Below, piece by piece: positions 6,720-11,623 of a stretch of 11,623 nt of DNA. Made by a program: the position numbers and the translations under genes. The DNA is from a virus (taxonomy: Duplodnaviria > Heunggongvirae > Uroviricota > Caudoviricetes), in IMG/VR virus record IMGVR_UViG_2681813228_000014, one strand, 5' to 3'. Positions within the stretch are counted from its first letter, which is position 1; every line of letters starts with the position of its first letter. Below the pieces are notes generated by a model that saw only the letters and a program-made list of their open reading frames with translations, had not been told where the DNA came from and did no database searches.

Positions 6720-7041
6720 ACCATAGTTGCGCTTTCATCGACTCTCTCAAGCCATGATTCTATATCATGGTTCGCATGAATGCCATTTGATATGACCAGT
6801 GGTTAAACATTGCACAGAAAAGTGGATGTGTATTTTAACAAAAGCAATGACGGCTAACCATGTTGGTATGTCGATAAAATGTTTCAACGTAAGCATTATC
6901 TGTTCCGCCCTTTCGGGCGGCCTCCTGATGTTCTGAGGGTGCAGAAATCCCTCCGGTTAAGGATTAAATTTTATTTACAGAACTGAATTTAATTATTCAG
7001 ATATACGTATCTGTAACCTTACTAACCTACTCACTGGATGC

Positions 7042-7515
7042 CTATTTCATAAAAATAATCCAGTGGGTTTTATCGTTTTTTCCTGTTCGTTGACCGATAA
7101 CAGGTTTTCTGTCGGTCAGTGCCAATATCTGGCGAACAGGTATTTGCGTTTCATTCCATTTAAAAATCAGAACGCCGTATGGACGCAACACACGAAAGGC
7201 TTCTTTAAATCCCTGCCGCAAATCATCACGCCAGGTATCTTTATTCAGCCGTCCATATTTCTTTCCCATCCTGGCGTTATCACCAACACGCTCAAGATGC
7301 GGAGGATCGAATATAACCATCGAAAAAGATGCGTCTGCAAATGGTAGTGCACGAAAATCAGCTATCAGATCAGGACTGATAATCAGGCGTCGTCCATCAC
7401 ACAATGTGTGCTCTTCCTTTCTGATATCGCTAAATATCGCCCGGTCGTCATTCTTATCGAACCAGAACATGCGACTGCCACAGCACATATCAAGAATGGT
7501 TGCCGGTGCACTCAC
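7042..7515 (-). CDS. Small SAM-dependent methyltransferase, probable DNA N6-adenine (or N4-cytosine) type
   Basis: Motif I-like DMCCGS near the N-terminus and motif IV VIFDPPH. GTG start at 7515 overlaps the upstream stop (GTGA); an ATG at 7488 is an alternative start. Confidence 0.65.
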   Translation of the reverse strand: MSAPATILDMCCGSRMFWFDKNDDRAIFSDIRKEEHTLCDGRRLIISPDLIADFRALPFADASFSMVIFDPPHLERVGDNARMGKKYGRLNKDTWRDDLRQGFKEAFRVLRPYGVLIFKWNETQIPVRQILALTDRKPVIGQRTGKNDKTHWIIFMK

Positions 7516-7928
7516 TGCGCTACCTCCTGAAAATTACCCTGATAGAAAGCCAGTACACGCTGCATAGCTTCGCTCTTCCGGCACTCGCGACAGATTATAT
7601 TCAGGCGCCTGTCGTAGCGGCGTATTTCTCCGTCTGGTAATGAATAAACCAGGTCCGGGTCGCTCTTTTTTTTCACTGCTGCTTTCGACATCTTTTTGCG
7701 GGCCTTTATCCAGTCCTTACGTGCCTGTTCAGACGGAAATAACCCGTAGCCGGAGTTGTATAAATCGCCACTGGCAACCAGCTCTCTGGCAAGAACACTC
7801 ATCAGATATCTTGTCGCACCTGTCTTGGCTTCCAGTTGCCGTAACGTCTCGCGACCGCTCAGACGTACAAGTTCAACAACCTGCCCTTTAATTTTTTCCC
7901 GCTCTTCTGATGTAAATACTTTTGCCAT
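7512..7928 (-). CDS. Hypothetical phage nin-region protein (138 aa)
   Basis: ATG at 7928 with GGAGG Shine-Dalgarno; the ORF track starts at a TTG at 7943. Basic, KK-rich protein; no family recognised. Confidence 0.55.
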   Translation of the reverse strand: MAKVFTSEEREKIKGQVVELVRLSGRETLRQLEAKTGATRYLMSVLARELVASGDLYNSGYGLFPSEQARKDWIKARKKMSKAAVKKKSDPDLVYSLPDGEIRRYDRRLNIICRECRKSEAMQRVLAFYQGNFQEVAQ

Positions 7929-7943
7929 AGGTGCCTCCGGCAA

Positions 7944-8705
7944 TCACTTTTCCGACACAATACGGCTGGAGGAATCGAAAATCTGTCGAACAATATCCCG
8001 GTGCTTGTTCAGCTCCCGCAGCGCGGCGCAGACTCGCTCCCACTTCTGGACATGATTTTTCGCCCGACGCAGTTCGCGGTTTGCCATATGCAGCGATGGT
8101 AAAACCAGGTCATCCGCTCGCGTTTCAGTAAACGATGGCAGCGACTGCACAATGTCCGCCACCGTTTCTGTTTTAATATCTTCCTGTGTTGCAGCCTCCT
8201 GTACTGGTAACGCAACACCTGTGGGCTGAGGAAAGGCCTTACCATCAGTTTCCGCTACCGATGCTGCTTTCGGCTCTGCTGGTAAATTATCGCCCGGTAT
8301 GCAGTAACGAAATTTACCGTTCTGGTTTACGCGAATCAGGCGTCCTTTGCTGATAGCCATTGCCAGCGTTGAAGCTACTTTGCGTGATGTGGTACCGAAC
8401 AATGTAGCCAACTCATCCGCCGTTTGTGGTCCACGTTGTTCAATCGCCGCAGTTAAATCGCACTCCGAAATTTTCGCGACTGTTGCCGTGGTGGTTTCTT
8501 CCGGCAGTTCTGCCTGCTCTGGCTGTTCCTGCTGAACGTTGTTATCAGCCACACGCCAGGTGTATACGCTTTTATCAACGAAACCAGCCTTTTTCAGTTC
8601 CCACAGCTCGTTCAGTACCTCTTCACGACTGATATCAAGTCGCGCAGCCAGTTCTACCGACGTGGCTTTTCCCATTGCTTTCAGTGCGTCAAATACAGTT
8701 TCCAT
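7944..8705 (-). CDS. Phage protein with N-terminal winged-helix-like DNA-binding domain (DUF1627-like)
   Basis: ATG at 8705 with GGAGGA Shine-Dalgarno; N-terminus [42 protein letters not shown] is wHTH-like, followed by an acidic, low-complexity linker. Confidence 0.6.
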   Translation of the reverse strand: METVFDALKAMGKATSVELAARLDISREEVLNELWELKKAGFVDKSVYTWRVADNNVQQEQPEQAELPEETTTATVAKISECDLTAAIEQRGPQTADELATLFGTTSRKVASTLAMAISKGRLIRVNQNGKFRYCIPGDNLPAEPKAASVAETDGKAFPQPTGVALPVQEAATQEDIKTETVADIVQSLPSFTETRADDLVLPSLHMANRELRRAKNHVQKWERVCAALRELNKHRDIVRQIFDSSSRIVSEK

Positions 8706-8726
8706 TAAAACGTCCTCCAACAAAAA

Positions 8727-9473
8727 TTACTCCGCAATTCCTGGCTGACCAACATTCGGACGCCAGCTCTCCCAGTTAAAATTCACCCATCGCCCGCCGT
8801 TCATGGTCATGCGATCCATAATCCGCTCACCGAGCAATGTTTTCATGGCCTCATAGTTCAGGTTTGTCAGCATCCCCACGCTGCGCATCGACGCTGTCCG
8901 GCGATCAACAATCTGATGCAGCACCACCTGCTCGTTTTTCGTCTCGCGCTGAATGCCAATTTCATCAAGAACCAGCAGATCCACTTCGCACAGCTCCCGC
9001 AAAAATTTTTCGCCTGACTGCCCGTCGTCATAGCTGGCGTGCAGGGCGCTCATAACATCAGCCACGGTAACCACAATCACTGTCTGACCGTCTTTCAGCA
9101 GGCGATTCCCGATAGCTGCCGCTAAGTGATTCTTCCCGGTACCAGGTTTTCCGCTGAACGAAAAATTTGTACACCCGGTCATCAGTTCATCGGCGATGGA
9201 TTTCGCCTGGCTTAACGCGTATCGCTGGCCGTCGTTCTGCACCTGGTAATTCGCAAACGAGCATTTACGGTGCAACGGCTGGATGCCAGAGCGATTCAGA
9301 ATTTTTTCCACCCGCAACTGACGATTCAGGCGGTTGATCTCCTCGCAACGTTTCTGTCCTTCAGCAAGTTGCCACTCACGCCACTCCGCAACCGTTCTGA
9401 ATGGGGCGGTTACATGTGGTGGGGTCAGTCTGCGGATACGCTCCAGAACGCCGCCTGTCGCAATATTTTTCAT
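8727..9473 (-). CDS. DnaC/IstB-like AAA+ helicase loader (Rac YdaV-like replication protein)
   Basis: Walker A GKPGTGKNHLAAAIG and Walker B DLLVLDEIG; 248 aa, the same length as Rac YdaV. Confidence 0.85.
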   Translation of the reverse strand: MKNIATGGVLERIRRLTPPHVTAPFRTVAEWREWQLAEGQKRCEEINRLNRQLRVEKILNRSGIQPLHRKCSFANYQVQNDGQRYALSQAKSIADELMTGCTNFSFSGKPGTGKNHLAAAIGNRLLKDGQTVIVVTVADVMSALHASYDDGQSGEKFLRELCEVDLLVLDEIGIQRETKNEQVVLHQIVDRRTASMRSVGMLTNLNYEAMKTLLGERIMDRMTMNGGRWVNFNWESWRPNVGQPGIAE

Positions 9474-9479
9474 GGTCTG

Positions 9480-10337
9480 TTACCCCCTGAAGCCTGGCGG
9501 GATCGCACTATCCGGTAGCGAAACGGTGTTAACCTGTCGGAGTAACGTCTCAGGTCGAACACCTTTCGGCGCGAACAAGCCCTGGTATTCATTGGCGATG
9601 CTGTGTCGAATCACCTGCTCAGGTGAAAAACCCTGCTGGCGGAATTTTTCCAGCTCCCGTATCGCCCCGTTAGCGCCCTGCTCCGTTCGAATCGGTTTAC
9701 GCAATGCCTGGCGAAATTCAACCCACTCACGCCAAAGCGAGACAGAAATCCAGTTCGGCAAAGCAATATCCAGAGGGTCAAACTTTTTGACACCTCGATT
9801 CCCCCGGGGGGGATTTAGGGGGGGATCTGTTTTTAGATCTTTATCTGTATCTTTATTAGTTGCCTTTGTGTTGACATCATGTTCAAACACCACTTCAACA
9901 TCTGTTTGAACACCTGTTAAATTTCTCTCTTGTTTTTTTTGAACATCTGCTTCCTTTCTGCTTCTTCTGGCCTGAACAGATGCTTTTCCTGCGGCTGATT
10001 TTTTGGTTAATTTTTCCCTGACTGATGCCAGATCTTCCTCAATCCGAAGATGCACCCATTCCTCGCCGTTATCGCAAAAAAACTCCTGCAAGGATGGTTC
10101 AACATCAGCCCATCGCTCGTTAGTCAGACGGGCAATTTTTGCCAGTCTGTTTTTAGGTATTGGCTTTCCTGTTTGCCAGTAATTGAACATCAGCAACAAA
10201 TACGCACCATGCTCCTCTGCTGACAAATGCATGGTGTCAGCCAAGTAATCAGCTATGTACAGTTGCATGTATGGTAATGCGGCCATAATTGCCCCGTATG
10301 ATGCTGCCCGGTGGCTTAGAATAAGCACAAACAGCAT
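9480..10337 (-). CDS. YdaU-like (DUF1376) replication-initiation-associated phage protein
   Basis: 285 aa, sitting in the O-gene position immediately upstream of the helicase loader; conserved N-terminal region MAALPYMQLYIADYLADT. An alternative ATG at 10286 exists. Confidence 0.7.
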   Translation of the reverse strand: MLFVLILSHRAASYGAIMAALPYMQLYIADYLADTMHLSAEEHGAYLLLMFNYWQTGKPIPKNRLAKIARLTNERWADVEPSLQEFFCDNGEEWVHLRIEEDLASVREKLTKKSAAGKASVQARRSRKEADVQKKQERNLTGVQTDVEVVFEHDVNTKATNKDTDKDLKTDPPLNPPRGNRGVKKFDPLDIALPNWISVSLWREWVEFRQALRKPIRTEQGANGAIRELEKFRQQGFSPEQVIRHSIANEYQGLFAPKGVRPETLLRQVNTVSLPDSAIPPGFRG

Positions 10338-10349
10338 GGAAACTTTTGC

Positions 10350-10772
10350 TTAATGAACAATGACAGAATCTTCGGAAGACCCGCCGCCGCTGAAATGCGC
10401 TTTCCGGTAAACGGCCTGGACTGCATCATCATGCGCATCAATTGCCGTACTCAACGCTTCCTGCGCCGCCAGTAATGCACGGCGTTCCAGGGTATCGAAG
10501 ATGCAGAGTCGGTGACGCAGCTCGCGCGGAATAATTGCCAGAACCGCAGGGATCAGTTTCTGAATTTTTTCCCTTTGCGCTTTCGTTTCACCTTTCAACC
10601 AACGGTGATAGATATTCTGCTGATTGTTCCAGTCCTTGCCTGGTACCAGGGGCAATTCGCCGCCCCCCTGGCGCAGATATTCTTCAGTAATTGCGTTAGC
10701 GACCCACGCCTGCCCTTTTTCGGCTGCCAGGGCTAACAACACTGATTCGATGTGCTCATGCCTGATTTTCAT
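10350..10772 (-). CDS. YdaT-like protein (CII-position gene of Rac-type immunity regions)
   Basis: 140 aa, directly downstream of and overlapping the cro-like gene, matching the ydaS-ydaT arrangement and YdaT length. Confidence 0.65.
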   Translation of the reverse strand: MKIRHEHIESVLLALAAEKGQAWVANAITEEYLRQGGGELPLVPGKDWNNQQNIYHRWLKGETKAQREKIQKLIPAVLAIIPRELRHRLCIFDTLERRALLAAQEALSTAIDAHDDAVQAVYRKAHFSGGGSSEDSVIVH

Positions 10773-11031
10773 GAATCAACTCCTGTGCATTTTGCGTGTT
10801 AGCCTTACATCCAACAGGTAAACCATCGGTCGGATTAGGGTAGATATCAGGCCGGAGTTCATGAGGTGTAACCTCGAAATTCGTAGCCTCTGCGATACGC
10901 AATACCTTTTCAGGGCTTAACTGACTACGTCCAGTAGCAACGAGGCTAATCATTGATTGCGAACAACCAGCCAGCGCGGCCAAACAAGACTGTCGTACAC
11001 GATTTTTTTTCAAATATTCATCTAATGTCAT
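10756..11031 (-). CDS. Cro/YdaS-like HTH regulator
   Basis: 91 aa from ATG at 11031 (AAGGTG Shine-Dalgarno); HTH-like region QSCLAALAGCSQSMISLVATGR; divergent from the repressor gene. Confidence 0.7.
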   Translation of the reverse strand: MTLDEYLKKNRVRQSCLAALAGCSQSMISLVATGRSQLSPEKVLRIAEATNFEVTPHELRPDIYPNPTDGLPVGCKANTQNAQELIHENQA

Positions 11032-11135
11032 AATGGTCACCTTAGTAATGCTCACAAAAATATTAACCATACTAATTTAAATGATCAATACCTATATCAG
11101 TTTGAGATTATGAACTGTATTCATAAGATGGTGGT
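11032..11135. promoter_or_regulatory. Divergent promoter/operator region of the immunity switch
   Basis: 104-bp AT-rich intergenic region between divergent HTH genes; inverted repeat TTATGAA-N5-TTCATAA at 11108-11126 plus TTAGTA...TACTAA and TGATCA dyads. Confidence 0.5.
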
Positions 11136-11600
11136 ATGAGAAGAAAACGCGAAGAAATCGCATCGCCGGAAGCTACGCAACGTCTGCGCGCAATCTGGGA
11201 TGCAAAAAAAAGAGAGCTCAAACTGACTCAGGAGCTTGCTGCCGAGCTAATGGGTTTTGAGGCGCAATCTGCGGTTAGCCATTATCTCAACGGAAAGGCT
11301 CCACTTAATACTGATGCGGCATTAAAATTCGCTGTATTACTAAGAGTTAAGCCTGAAGAGTTGAGGCCTGATTTAGCTGATCTGATGAATTACGTCCGTT
11401 CCTCAGGAACTTATGACGAAAGTTTCGAAGGCGAAGGTTGGCGGATGGTTAACAAGCAACAAGCTGATTTACTAGATCTTTTTGATATCCTTCCCGAATC
11501 AGAAAAAGCAAAACTAATCGAAAGACTTAAAGGTCAGAATGAACTCTACAAAGAAGCATTTGAAAATATGCTGGCAGCTCAAAAACGCATGAAGAAATAG
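11136..11600 (+). CDS. RacR/CI-like prophage repressor (HTH, no S24 peptidase domain)
   Basis: 154 aa with an XRE-type HTH (LTQELAAELMGFEAQSAVSHYLNG) and no visible LexA-like Ser/Lys autocleavage domain; divergent from the cro-like gene. Confidence 0.7.
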   Translation: MRRKREEIASPEATQRLRAIWDAKKRELKLTQELAAELMGFEAQSAVSHYLNGKAPLNTDAALKFAVLLRVKPEELRPDLADLMNYVRSSGTYDESFEGEGWRMVNKQQADLLDLFDILPESEKAKLIERLKGQNELYKEAFENMLAAQKRMKK

Positions 11601-11623
11601 CTCCCACCATCTCGTAACTAAAC

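Noticed and set aside
6998-7013. Apparent 16-bp perfect palindrome CAGATATACGTATCTG
   Set aside because: On checking it is only 6-bp arms with a 4-bp asymmetric spacer plus an internal 8-bp palindrome, so it is reported as a modest dyad cluster.
6141-7515. Methyltransferase plus PD-(D/E)xK protein as a classical type II restriction-modification pair
   Set aside because: The methyltransferase is too small for a typical DNA MTase with a target-recognition domain, the genes are separated by about 320 bp of structured DNA, and their base composition differs; kept only as a low-probability alternative.
9334-9909. 191-aa plus-strand ORF overlapping the YdaU-like and DnaC-like genes
   Set aside because: Lies antisense across two well-supported replication genes, one with Walker motifs; Pro/Ser/Arg/Cys-rich composition typical of a spurious frame in GC-rich coding DNA.
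1-11623. CRISPR arrays, IS elements or transposases, integrase and att core
   Set aside because: No regularly spaced direct repeats, no terminal inverted repeats flanking a transposase-like ORF, and no tyrosine or serine recombinase-like ORF were seen; the prophage boundary cannot be placed from this window.

Overview
This window looks like the early and regulatory region of a lambdoid (Rac-like) prophage from an enterobacterium, with almost all genes on the minus strand. From right to left it carries a divergent immunity switch (RacR-like repressor on +, Cro/YdaS-like on -), a YdaT-like gene, a YdaU-like replication gene, a DnaC-like helicase loader, three nin-region-like genes including a small methyltransferase, then an accessory block, then DUF1367-like, YbcO-like and a putative Q-like late regulator with a tR'-like terminator, an ORF6N-like gene and a tRNA-like element boxed in by terminators. 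The accessory block holds three things: (i) a visibly AT-rich island with a convergent, 3'-overlapping gene pair (365 aa unknown protein plus a 192 aa protein with a PD-(D/E)xK-type nuclease motif), which is my best candidate for an undescribed or poorly characterised defence-like system; (ii) a hok/mok type I toxin locus; (iii) a Doc-family toxin preceded by a 59 aa ORF that is not Phd-like. No integrase, att core, CRISPR array or IS element is visible. All protein family assignments are from motif and sequence memory without database searches, and gene starts were chosen by hand from start codons and Shine-Dalgarno context.
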